Assembly (NCBI GenBank): GCA_903857825.1
Contig: CAIOGI010000003.1
Span: 1 to 60,442, forward strand
Origin: Candidatus Tayloriibacteriota bacterium
Lineage (GTDB): Bacteria; Patescibacteriota; Minisyncoccia; Phycocordibacterales; PALSA-1337
DNA: 60,442 nt
Direction of reading: 5' to 3'
Positions within the stretch are counted from its first letter, which is position 1; each line of letters opens with the position of its first letter. The notes below the pieces were generated by a model that was given only the letters and a program-made list of their open reading frames with translations, ran no database searches and was not told the DNA's origin. The translations under genes and the position numbers were made by a program. Shown piece after piece: positions 1 through 8,788 of this stretch.

Positions 1-14
1 AATAAATTAATAAT

Positions 15-1907
15 ATGATAAATAAACAAACAGAAGTGGTAAAACCTACAGAGATTACAACAGCCCCGATAATAAGACGTGCGCCTTATATTTCTCAGAA
101 TACAAAAGCTCCCAAAAAAGCTTCGACTAGAAGCCATGGTAGACCTTCACGTCCCCCAGAAGCAACCCAGGTTCACAAAAAGGTTGAAGATATGATACCG
201 AGCTTGTCTGAGGGTTCAATAAGAATAATTCCACTGGGAGGAGTTGAGGAAATTGGAAAGAACATGACAATGATTGAATATGGCAATGATATTGTCGTAA
301 TAGATATTGGTTTTCAGTTTAAAGACGAAAACACTCCTGGAATCGACTATATTCTTCCAAATACAAAATATTTAGAAGAAAGGAAAGACAGAATAAAAGC
401 TGTAATAGTTACTCATGGTCACTTAGATCATATAGGTGGTATACCCTATGTAATGCCTAGAATTGGTAATCCGCCATTATATACAAGAATGCTTACATCA
501 GTAATGATAAAAAAGCGTCAAGAAGAATTTACTCATGTTCCACCTTTGGATATAAAGATAGTTGAGAAAGATGAGACCATAACTATGGGTGCATTGAAAA
601 TCAAATTTTTTGCTGTTACACATACTATTCCAGATGCAATGGGAGTGATAGTACAAACACCATTTGGCTCTATAGTTCATACAGGTGACCTAAAACTTGA
701 TCACGTAAATGGTATTCCTACTGACGAAGAAGAGGAGGAATTTGCTAGAGCATTCAAAACTCCAACAAGTCGCTCGCAGCAAGAAAAAGTTTTGCTTCTA
801 ATGGCAGATTCAACGAATGTAGAGAACCCAGGTTTTTCAATTCCAGAAAAAACTGTTCACAAAAATATTGAAGAAATAATAAAGAACACAAAAGGACGCT
901 TGATCATAGCTACATTCGCCTCCCTACTCGAAAGAATGCTAAAGATAATAGAATTTGCTGAAAAATACGGAAAGAAAGTTGTTGTTGAGGGTAGAAGTAT
1001 GAAAACAAATATAGAAATTTGTCGTAATTTAGGAATATTAAAACCAAAGAAAGACACCTTGATTACGGTTGAAGAAATAGACAACTTCCCTCCTGAAAGA
1101 ATCATAGTACTAGCTACCGGAGCACAGGGAGATGAATTTGCTGCTATGATGAGAATGTCCAATAAGACACATAAATATATAAAAATAACAAAGAGAGATA
1201 CTATTTTACTTTCTTCTTCAATTGTCCCTGGAAATGAAAGAGCTGTTCAAAAACTAAAAGATAATCTTTCTAGACAAGGTGCAAACATTATTCACTATCG
1301 TATTGCCGATGTTCACTCTTCAGGACATGCTAATAAAGATGAAACGGCTTGGATTCATCAGAAGATTAGCCCAAAATTCTTTATGCCAGTTCACGGTTAT
1401 CATTATATGTTAAGAGTGCATGGTGATATAGCAAGAGAAGCAAATGGTCTAAAGGAAGATGCGATTATTATTCCAGATAATGGTTCAATAGTTGAAATAC
1501 AAAATTCTGGTGAAAAAATAGTAAAACTAAAAGAAAAAGCACCATCTGGTATAGTCATGGTTGATGGATTTTCTGTGGGCGATATTCAAGACGTTGTTAT
1601 CCGTGACCGACAAATGTTGGCTCAGGATGGAATATTTATTGTATTCGCAATTATCAATGCCCAGACAGGTAAATTAAAGAAATCTCCAGATATTATATCT
1701 CGTGGCTTCGTATACTTACGTGAATCTCAAGAACTTCTACACCATGCAAGAATCATAATTAAAAATACAGTTGAAGAAAGTACAAAAGGAATGAATCCTA
1801 TAAATATTGATTATGTTAAAGGAATAATAACTGATAATGTAAGCAAATTTCTGATGCAAAAAACTGCAAAGAGACCGATAGTTATTCCTGTATTGTTAAC
1901 AATATAG
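15..1907 (+). CDS. rnj: Ribonuclease J (metallo-beta-lactamase / beta-CASP RNase)
   Basis: 630-aa ORF with MBL motif HGHLDHIGG, later DSTN and HSSGH motifs, and RNase J-like length and C-terminal domain. It has a basic N-terminal extension. Confidence 0.9.
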   Translation: MINKQTEVVKPTEITTAPIIRRAPYISQNTKAPKKASTRSHGRPSRPPEATQVHKKVEDMIPSLSEGSIRIIPLGGVEEIGKNMTMIEYGNDIVVIDIGFQFKDENTPGIDYILPNTKYLEERKDRIKAVIVTHGHLDHIGGIPYVMPRIGNPPLYTRMLTSVMIKKRQEEFTHVPPLDIKIVEKDETITMGALKIKFFAVTHTIPDAMGVIVQTPFGSIVHTGDLKLDHVNGIPTDEEEEEFARAFKTPTSRSQQEKVLLLMADSTNVENPGFSIPEKTVHKNIEEIIKNTKGRLIIATFASLLERMLKIIEFAEKYGKKVVVEGRSMKTNIEICRNLGILKPKKDTLITVEEIDNFPPERIIVLATGAQGDEFAAMMRMSNKTHKYIKITKRDTILLSSSIVPGNERAVQKLKDNLSRQGANIIHYRIADVHSSGHANKDETAWIHQKISPKFFMPVHGYHYMLRVHGDIAREANGLKEDAIIIPDNGSIVEIQNSGEKIVKLKEKAPSGIVMVDGFSVGDIQDVVIRDRQMLAQDGIFIVFAIINAQTGKLKKSPDIISRGFVYLRESQELLHHARIIIKNTVEESTKGMNPINIDYVKGIITDNVSKFLMQKTAKRPIVIPVLLTI

Positions 1908-1921
1908 CAAAATTGAGTTAG

Positions 1922-2058
1922 AAAAATTGAGACTCGGCACGGTGAGGAGGTCCTACTTTTTTGAACTTGTGAAAAAAAGAGGAGCCTCCGAGCGCGACAT
2001 TGTTTGATTTATCAAACAAGAAGTACTCCTGTGGTGCAAGTCGACGAGTCCAATTTTT
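1922..2058 (+). repeat. Type-A nested-hairpin intergenic element, copy 1 (inner module in orientation I)
   Basis: AAAATTGAGACTCG...CGAGTCCAATTTT outer stem encloses long hairpin H1 (GGAGGTCCTACTTTTTT/AAAAAAAGAGGAGCCTCC) and a 46-nt module (1992-2037) with palindrome TTGTTTGAT/ATCAAACAA. It is near-identical to the reverse complement of 53737-53871. Confidence 0.85.
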
Positions 2059-2063
2059 CTTAT

Positions 2064-2309
2064 GTTACGACTTATTTCACATGAGCTGTACTCAGCGAAT
2101 TTGTGAAATAGAAGTGCCCTTGTGGTACGACCTAAATTTCTTACGAGCAAAGCGAGTGTAGAAATTGGAAGTACTCTTTTGTGGTACGACTTATTTCACA
2201 TGAGCTGTACTCAGCGAATTTGTGAAATAGAAGTACCCTTTTGTGGTACGACTTATTTCACATGAGCTGTACTCAGCGAATTTGTGAAATAGAAGTACCC
2301 TTGTGGTAC
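2064..2309 (+). repeat. Tandem array of four type-B hairpin units (59-64 nt each)
   Basis: Units start at 2064, 2125, 2184 and 2246. Each has the form GTACGAC-[hairpin]-AGAAGTACCCTTGTG. Units 1, 3 and 4 carry the same hairpin (ACTTATTTCACA/TGTGAAATAGAAGT). Unit 2 carries a different but still self-complementary one (TAAATTTCT/AGAAATTGG). The unit ends resemble the ends of the 46-nt inner module of type-A elements. Confidence 0.85.
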
Positions 2310-2319
2310 AATATTCGTC

Positions 2320-3492
2320 ATGAAACATCATTTAAATATTAAAAAGTCTGGTGCACTCTATACATTGAGTGTACTGAGCTTTTTTCTTTCATTACATGTC
2401 GCATTACCATCATATTTCAACTCAAGCTTCCTAACCACACTAATAACTGAAAATGGTCTCAGTATCGTTTATTCAATTCAGTCTGTCTTAACAATAATAG
2501 GTTTTTTAATGATGCATAGTTTGCTGAGGAAGTTTGGAAATTTTAAGACATCTATTGCTTTGCTAGTTATACAAATCTTTGTCATTTATGGAATAATCAC
2601 CATGACAATTCCAAGTATTGTTATAATCCTATTTGTATTATCGATAGCAATAGTAAACATGATTGGTTTTACTCTAGATATATTTCTCGAAGAAAATACC
2701 AATATAGAAAATATCGGCACCGTACGAGGACATTTCTTAACAGCAGCAAATAGTGCATGGATTCTTGGACCATTAATAGGAGGAGTACTTATATTTGGTA
2801 ATAATTACAGGGGTATTTATATTGCTGCTATTTTACTACTATTCCCTATCATTTATATCGTATTTAGGAATTTCAAAAACTTTATTGATCCAAAATATGC
2901 AAAAATTTCCTTAACAAAAACAATTAGTGCAATATTCCATAATTCAGACATATCTAATCTAATTATTGTAACTTCCATATTAAACATATTCTATGCATGG
3001 ATGGTTATATATACGCCAATATATCTAAATACAATAATTGGTTTTAGTTGGGATGAGATAGGTATCATTTTTACAATAATGCTTATCCCATTTGTTCTCA
3101 TAGAAACACCACTAGGTAGAATCGCAGATAAAAAGCTAGGAGAAAAGGAAATAATGATTGCTGGATATATAATAATGGGGCTAGCTACTATTTCTCTTAG
3201 TTTTATTACTGGAAAAAATCTATTACTTTGGGCTGGTATATTATTTGTCACCCGTATCGGTGCAGCGGCTATTGAGATTATGATAGAGACGTATTTCTTC
3301 AAGAAAGTAGATAAAAGAGATACTGAGGTACTGGGCATATTTAGAGTAACAAGACCTATAGGATACATTGTTGCTCCACTGCTATCAGCAATTGGATTAT
3401 TACTAGTATCAGAGAAGTATTTATTTATTATACTTGGAGGTATTTGCCTACTAGCAATAATCCCTTTGGCAAAAATGAGGGATACTGCATAA
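2320..3492 (+). CDS. MFS-type transporter (about 12 TM membrane protein)
   Basis: 390-aa highly hydrophobic ORF with two six-helix halves and a central loop, typical of MFS proteins. No specific subfamily recognised. Confidence 0.6.
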   Translation: MKHHLNIKKSGALYTLSVLSFFLSLHVALPSYFNSSFLTTLITENGLSIVYSIQSVLTIIGFLMMHSLLRKFGNFKTSIALLVIQIFVIYGIITMTIPSIVIILFVLSIAIVNMIGFTLDIFLEENTNIENIGTVRGHFLTAANSAWILGPLIGGVLIFGNNYRGIYIAAILLLFPIIYIVFRNFKNFIDPKYAKISLTKTISAIFHNSDISNLIIVTSILNIFYAWMVIYTPIYLNTIIGFSWDEIGIIFTIMLIPFVLIETPLGRIADKKLGEKEIMIAGYIIMGLATISLSFITGKNLLLWAGILFVTRIGAAAIEIMIETYFFKKVDKRDTEVLGIFRVTRPIGYIVAPLLSAIGLLLVSEKYLFIILGGICLLAIIPLAKMRDTA

Positions 3493-3512
3493 TAAAAAGT
3501 AGACAAGTCTAA

Positions 3513-5834
3513 TTAGCTTTGTTTGAATGGATTCTTGCCTTCTTGAAGTTGTTTAATCAATGGTTCAATCTGTGTCTTTGTCTGTGGGAACTTTTCTATT
3601 AAAGATTTTAATTCATTTGTCGCTGTCCATGTCTGATCATCCATTGCATAAGCTGCGGCTAAGAAGAATTTAACTTGTGGATCTTCTGGCTTTTTATCAA
3701 CCAATTCTTTATATATTTCAATAACCTTAGCATAATTTCCTAATTTACCATAAATACCTATCATTCTTTCATCAGTAAATATTTTAGGATCATTACCAAA
3801 TATTTCATGAGCTATTTTTTCTTTTCCTCCATTAACAAGCGCTAAGGCATATGCAATTTTTGAAAGTTCATAGTCTGGTGCGGATTCATAAGCATCCTTG
3901 GCAATAGCGATAGCATCCTCTGCTCTATTGGTATTAATATAATTCGTAGCAAGATCAAACTTTACAGCTTGTTTACCTGGAGTAAGTTTGTTTGCTTTCT
4001 CAAGTATTGGTAGAGATATATCGAACTTACCCAAGCTATTATAAAATGATCCAGCTATAACATACATACGTGCGTCATTAGGAGTCTCTGTTATTTGTCT
4101 ATCGATTTCTTTCTTGGTTAACTCATAAAAATCAGTTTTTATCTGCGCTGGAATTTGGCTACTATTCAAAACATTTCCCGCGCAAGAAATTAACTGCTCA
4201 CGAATTTCTTGATTTGCAGTTGTCTGATTTAATTTTAGTGCATTTTCAAAAGTCTTAACTGAAAGAGTTTTACCATCCGAACAAGATCTAAGAGCTGTTA
4301 TAAGTCTAGTATTTGCCTGAATCACTCTAATATTTATAAAGTAAAAACCAGAAATGAATGCAATAACTATTATAGGTACAAATATATAATCACGAACAAC
4401 CACCGCATCTTCTGACATCTTTTTCGTAGGATCTCCAAGTAATTTGCACTTCTTTCCTGATACCAATGCACTTATCATAGCCAGTAATGTGAAAAACATT
4501 ACATAACTAGTTTGATTATCAAATACGAATATATTATGTATACCATAGGCAACAAGAAGACCTATCAAAACAGATTTTTGACCAATACTCAAATCAGCTT
4601 TCCATATATAGAATAGAGCTAATACATACAGTGCAAGATATGCCAATAAACCAAGCAATCCACCAGCAACCAACCAATCCAAGAAAACGCTGTGTGCTCT
4701 GTCGAACCATTGTTCATGACCATACATCAAAGGAGTATAATCTCTATTAAAGATATAATTAAAATTCTCTTGACCTATACCTATAATAGCGGTTTTTGGA
4801 TTATCAAATATACCCTTTACTGCCATGGGCCAAATATATCCACGTGCTTGAGTTTTTGTATCAGAAAGCGAAATCGAGGAAAGACGACCTAATACCTGAT
4901 TGTTCTTTATCCAAGAAACATTTTTTGCTTTATAAAGTGAGAAACCTAATATAATTACTAGAACAATTAATCCACCGGATACATATCTAGTAAGATTTGA
5001 TTGGCCCTTTTCTACATTACCCTCTTTTTTCGAGCGTCCGAATATCGCATAGATTCCAGAAGTTATTAATATACCTGCCACCCAACCTAGAATAGAACCT
5101 CGGGTTGCTGTTTGAAAAATAATAAATGAAGAGAACACAAAGATCAAAGAGTAAATAGATATGAGTGCCATTGCCCCGTCTTTCTTTGCGACTTTCCACC
5201 CCCAAGCAATGATGGCCATGTATAAAGCAAGAAAGGCATTAAATATCATGTAAGCGCCCATGTAAGCCGAGTTTCCAAGGGATGCATCCACTCGACTAGC
5301 ACTTTGATGGACTTCTGCCAAACCAAAAAACTGAAATAAACCATAGAATGCTGTAATCGTACCTGATAACAATAGGACATTCAAAAATCTATACCAGTTC
5401 TTTCTACCTTCACTATTTTCATTCTTTGTATTACCAAAAATACTAGACATTACAATAAAGTATGCCCAGAGGTGAATTATTGTCATCCAACCTTCCATTC
5501 TCTCGAAATTTGACCATATACTACGCAAAGGGTTATATCCAAGCAAATCTGCAATTAGTGCAACTACCGTAAATACAGTCACTGTAATAGTAAGATAATT
5601 CATTCTAGGGGCTATACTTCTATCTGTACCAGCGTCAACAGTTCCCTTCTCTCTCAGTACCAATACAAGCCACAAAACCAAAACAATTTCAACAATTATT
5701 CTAAATGCAAATGCTTTTCCAGTTATAAAAGGAAAGAAATTTGAATTTGCTACGTATAAAGGAATAAATGCTATTAAGGCAAGGCCGATAATAATGGAAT
5801 ACTTGAGCACGGTGTTGATTGTTGTATTGTTCAT
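3513..5834 (-). CDS. O-antigen ligase/polymerase-like polytopic membrane protein with C-terminal TPR repeats
   Basis: The ORF track gives 3513..5909. The start was moved to the ATG at 5834 (MNNTTINT...), directly before the first TM helix. It has about 10-12 TM helices followed by a ~280-aa soluble TPR-like tail. Confidence 0.55.
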   Translation of the reverse strand: MNNTTINTVLKYSIIIGLALIAFIPLYVANSNFFPFITGKAFAFRIIVEIVLVLWLVLVLREKGTVDAGTDRSIAPRMNYLTITVTVFTVVALIADLLGYNPLRSIWSNFERMEGWMTIIHLWAYFIVMSSIFGNTKNENSEGRKNWYRFLNVLLLSGTITAFYGLFQFFGLAEVHQSASRVDASLGNSAYMGAYMIFNAFLALYMAIIAWGWKVAKKDGAMALISIYSLIFVFSSFIIFQTATRGSILGWVAGILITSGIYAIFGRSKKEGNVEKGQSNLTRYVSGGLIVLVIILGFSLYKAKNVSWIKNNQVLGRLSSISLSDTKTQARGYIWPMAVKGIFDNPKTAIIGIGQENFNYIFNRDYTPLMYGHEQWFDRAHSVFLDWLVAGGLLGLLAYLALYVLALFYIWKADLSIGQKSVLIGLLVAYGIHNIFVFDNQTSYVMFFTLLAMISALVSGKKCKLLGDPTKKMSEDAVVVRDYIFVPIIVIAFISGFYFINIRVIQANTRLITALRSCSDGKTLSVKTFENALKLNQTTANQEIREQLISCAGNVLNSSQIPAQIKTDFYELTKKEIDRQITETPNDARMYVIAGSFYNSLGKFDISLPILEKANKLTPGKQAVKFDLATNYINTNRAEDAIAIAKDAYESAPDYELSKIAYALALVNGGKEKIAHEIFGNDPKIFTDERMIGIYGKLGNYAKVIEIYKELVDKKPEDPQVKFFLAAAYAMDDQTWTATNELKSLIEKFPQTKTQIEPLIKQLQEGKNPFKQS

Positions 5835-5883
5835 AATGGAAAAGAGTATATCATAAAATGATATGGTATGGTATGGTATATGT

Positions 5884-6324
5884 ATGAAAAAAATATTTGT
5901 TTCAGGCACTTACGATATAATACATGCTGGTCATATACAGTTCTTCAAGGATGCACGGGCATTAGGTGATCACCTTACAGTATCTTTTGCTAGCAAAGAT
6001 GTGATCGCTCTATCAAAAAAAAGACATCCCTCTCTTCCAGATAGTCATAAAGAAATTATTATAGGTTCAATTAGATATGTTGATAGAGTTGTTTCTAGTT
6101 CAGATATTGATCCTGTATTTGATTTTGTAAGTCATTGGAAAGAAGATAAGCCAGATATTTTGGTTGTAACAGAAGACGATCGAAATGCTGAGAAAAAAAG
6201 AATATTGTGTAAGGAGTTTGGAGTAGAATTAGTTATCTTACCAAAACATGTCTCAGTCGAGTCGGTTTCGACTTCAAGTATACTGGCTGGAATCAAAGAA
6301 AGAGCAAAAAATGAACAGATCTAA
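5884..6324 (+). CDS. Cytidylyltransferase-family nucleotidyltransferase (TagD/RfaE-domain-II-like)
   Basis: GTYDIIHAGHIQFF matches the GxFDxxHxGH motif. Start moved to the ATG at 5884 (MKKIFVSG). Confidence 0.7.
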   Translation: MKKIFVSGTYDIIHAGHIQFFKDARALGDHLTVSFASKDVIALSKKRHPSLPDSHKEIIIGSIRYVDRVVSSSDIDPVFDFVSHWKEDKPDILVVTEDDRNAEKKRILCKEFGVELVILPKHVSVESVSTSSILAGIKERAKNEQI

Positions 6325-6347
6325 GAAATATAGAAACAAGATACTGT

Positions 6348-6376
6348 TTGACACCTTTTGACACCTTTGATATTAT
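6348..6376 (+). promoter_or_regulatory. Sigma70-like promoter TTGACA-17 nt-TATTAT, with TTGACACCTTT present as a tandem direct repeat
   Basis: TTGACA at 6348-6353 and TATTAT at 6371-6376. The 10-11 nt motif TTGACACCTT(T) occurs twice back to back (6348-6357 and 6358-6368). The ATG at 6387 lies 10 nt after the -10 box. Confidence 0.5.
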
Positions 6377-6386
6377 ACACAGTAAC

Positions 6387-6635
6387 ATGATAGAAGAAAT
6401 TAAACCTCTCGGCGTTTATACTACAGAAGAAACTAAGAATGTACTTCGTATTAGTGACAGTACTATCAAAAGACTTCTAAAAAAGGGATTAATAAGAGCC
6501 AATAAAGTTGGAGGTCAATATCGTATTCTCGGAAAAGAGATACTTAGACTTGTATCTCCAGAGATCGAGGAGGAAGCAATCAAAACTTATTTAAAGGTCA
6601 AAGATAAGGTGGTTAATAAGATTAGTAAGTGGTAA
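6387..6635 (+). CDS. Small HTH DNA-binding protein (excisionase/MerR-like HTH_17 type)
   Basis: ISDSTIKRLLKKGLIRANKVGGQYRI is typical of excisionase-family HTH proteins. The start was taken at the first ATG (6387) because the track's upstream start overlaps the promoter. Confidence 0.6.
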   Translation: MIEEIKPLGVYTTEETKNVLRISDSTIKRLLKKGLIRANKVGGQYRILGKEILRLVSPEIEEEAIKTYLKVKDKVVNKISKW

Positions 6636-6646
6636 AATCATAAAAC

Positions 6647-7486
6647 ATGGAAAAAGCAGAGGCACAAATTCCGATAACTATAATAAGACCGAAGAAACTT
6701 TTCTCTTTACGTGATATTACAGAGGTATGGAAATATAAAGAATTACTATTTTTCTTTACATGGAGAGACTTGAAAGTTAGATATAAGCAAACATTTATCG
6801 GGGTAGCTTGGGCGATCTTTCAACCACTCATTACAATGGTGGTATTTACAGTTTTCTTTGGAGGCTTAGCAAAGATTCCTTCTGATGGTATTCCATATCC
6901 TATTTTCGTATTCACAGGATTATTATTCTGGCAGTTTTTTTCTACTGCGCTTAGTGATACAAGTAATTGTCTTATAGCAAATCAAGCCATTATTACAAAA
7001 GTATATTTTCCTAGACTAATACTTCCATTGTCATCTGTTATGACCAAACTGGTAGACTTTCTAATAGCCACACTCATACTAGTCTTAATGATGCTATATT
7101 ATGGTTTTATACCCAGGGTTGAAAGTCTCATCGTAATACCAATAGTTCTTATAATATCATTTATGTCGTCTGTGGGACTTGGTTTAGTGCTAGCCGCGAT
7201 AAATGTGAAATATAGGGACGTACGGTATGCTCTTCCATTTTTTATTCAAATGCTTCTTTTTGTGACTCCAGTTATTTATCCAGCCAGTATAGCTGGAAAA
7301 TATTCATGGATGCTATCCTTAAATCCAATGACAGGGGCTATACAAAGTGCTCGTGCCTCCCTTTTAGAAACAGCTCCAGTAAACTGGGAACTCGTGGGAA
7401 TTTCTTTTATGGCATGCCTTATTCTGATGTTTATAGGAGTTTATGTATTCAAGAAAGTCGAAAGATATTTTGCGGATATCGTATAA
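6647..7486 (+). CDS. ABC-2 type polysaccharide/teichoic-acid export permease (Wzm/TagG-like)
   Basis: 279 aa with 6 TM helices. N-terminal WRDLKVRYKQTFIGVAWAIFQP is the ABC-2 signature region. Followed by the cognate ATPase. Confidence 0.8.
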   Translation: MEKAEAQIPITIIRPKKLFSLRDITEVWKYKELLFFFTWRDLKVRYKQTFIGVAWAIFQPLITMVVFTVFFGGLAKIPSDGIPYPIFVFTGLLFWQFFSTALSDTSNCLIANQAIITKVYFPRLILPLSSVMTKLVDFLIATLILVLMMLYYGFIPRVESLIVIPIVLIISFMSSVGLGLVLAAINVKYRDVRYALPFFIQMLLFVTPVIYPASIAGKYSWMLSLNPMTGAIQSARASLLETAPVNWELVGISFMACLILMFIGVYVFKKVERYFADIV

Positions 7487-7503
7487 TTTATATTTAAAAT
7501 AAA

Positions 7504-8778
7504 ATGGAAAATCCAATTATAGAAGTTAGGAACCTAGGAAAAAAATACAATATAAATCACCAACAAGGTAAGTATATTGCTCTTCGTGATGTTTTGGCGG
7601 GAATTTTCAAAAATCCACTTAAATTTATTAGAGACAAAACAAAAGAAGTTGCTGGAATAAACACGAAAGAAGATTATTGGGCATTAAAAGACTTGAACTT
7701 CACAGTGAATAAAGGTGAAGTGATAGGCATTATAGGTAGAAATGGAGCTGGAAAATCTACTCTTTTAAAGATTCTTTCTCAAATTACTCCACCTACAACT
7801 GGTGAGATAAAGATACGTGGACGAGTAGGAAGCCTACTTGAGGTCGGTACCGGCTTTCATCCAGAACTTACTGGAAGAGAGAATATAAGACTAAATGGTG
7901 CCATTCTTGGAATGACATATAAGGAAATTGCAAAAAAATTTGATCAGATAGTAGAATTCGCTGGCATAGAGAAGTTCCTAGATACACCAGTAAAATATTA
8001 CTCAAGTGGAATGTACGTTCGACTCGCCTTCTCAGTTGCAGCACACATGGAGCCGGATATACTAATCATTGACGAAGTACTTGCTGTTGGTGATGCTGAA
8101 TTTCAAAAAAAATGTCTTGGAAAGATGGGAGAGATAACAAAACAAGATGGTAGAACCATACTCTTTGTGAGTCATAATATGGCAGCGATAAGACAATTGT
8201 GCACTAAAACAATACTATTAGAAAATGGCAAACTACTATTTAGTGGTAATACTGAAGAAGTAATACAGCACTACAATAGTGAAATGATTGATAAAACTGG
8301 ACAAAGTTGGAATGGTGATGCTGGTGATGATGAAATACGAATAACTAGGGTCTTGTCACAGAGTTTAGATCAGGAAGGCAAATTTCATACAAATGCACCT
8401 ATTGAAATCTCGATCCATGGAACAATACTTAAAATGACAAAACATATGGTTATTGGTTTTCATCTTTTTTCTCAATTTGGTTATGAATTGGCATATTCCT
8501 TATATGATGATAATGATGCGGACATGGCGCCAACAGTACTCAAACCAGGACCATTTATTAAAAAATTTGTTATACCCGCAGATACTCTTTCAGAGGGTAC
8601 ATATTTGATAGAGTTAGACGTTGGTATTCATAATCTAAACAAAGTTTTAAGACCTGATCAGGGACGTGTATCATTTTCTTTAAGTAATGTTAATGGGATA
8701 GGAAAAAGATTCTCAGTACCACAAAAGCAAGGTTATGTTAGTGTCTTTAGACCGCGCTGGTCACAACAAAATAATTAA
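7504..8778 (+). CDS. ABC transporter ATP-binding protein (Wzt/TagH-like) with C-terminal extra domain
   Basis: Walker A GRNGAGKST, signature YSSGM, Walker B ILIIDE, plus a ~170-aa C-terminal domain as in Wzt glycan-binding modules. Confidence 0.85.
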   Translation: MENPIIEVRNLGKKYNINHQQGKYIALRDVLAGIFKNPLKFIRDKTKEVAGINTKEDYWALKDLNFTVNKGEVIGIIGRNGAGKSTLLKILSQITPPTTGEIKIRGRVGSLLEVGTGFHPELTGRENIRLNGAILGMTYKEIAKKFDQIVEFAGIEKFLDTPVKYYSSGMYVRLAFSVAAHMEPDILIIDEVLAVGDAEFQKKCLGKMGEITKQDGRTILFVSHNMAAIRQLCTKTILLENGKLLFSGNTEEVIQHYNSEMIDKTGQSWNGDAGDDEIRITRVLSQSLDQEGKFHTNAPIEISIHGTILKMTKHMVIGFHLFSQFGYELAYSLYDDNDADMAPTVLKPGPFIKKFVIPADTLSEGTYLIELDVGIHNLNKVLRPDQGRVSFSLSNVNGIGKRFSVPQKQGYVSVFRPRWSQQNN

Positions 8779-8788
8779 GATAATTAAT

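Noticed and set aside
1953-2150. 65-aa ORF (minus strand), and the 61-aa ORF at 53656..53841 (plus strand) with the same C-terminal peptide VDLHHR.TSCLINQTMSRSEAPLFFTSSKK
   Set aside because: Both are read through copies of the type-A repeat, which explains the shared peptide. In the other copies the reading frame is broken or the module is inverted. The sequence constraints are in base pairing, not in codons.
2064-2309. Regularly spaced ~61-nt repeats that could be mistaken for a CRISPR array
   Set aside because: Three of the four spacer-equivalent segments are identical to each other and are themselves hairpin arms. The conserved part is only ~22 nt, and no cas genes are present. A related unit also occurs singly at 19938-19999. 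It is a tandem hairpin repeat, not a CRISPR.
2991-3506. Long antisense or alternate-frame ORFs inside confirmed genes (for example 2991..3506, 11877..12425, 15588..15917, 26207..26503, 33668..34105, 36741..37070, 37158..37466, 37668..37994, 48202..48783, 49954..50268, 51858..52232, 55490..55762)
   Set aside because: Each lies entirely within a longer ORF on the opposite strand or in another frame that has clear family motifs. Their translations are low-complexity (S/I/F/L-rich), as expected for antisense frames in AT-rich DNA.
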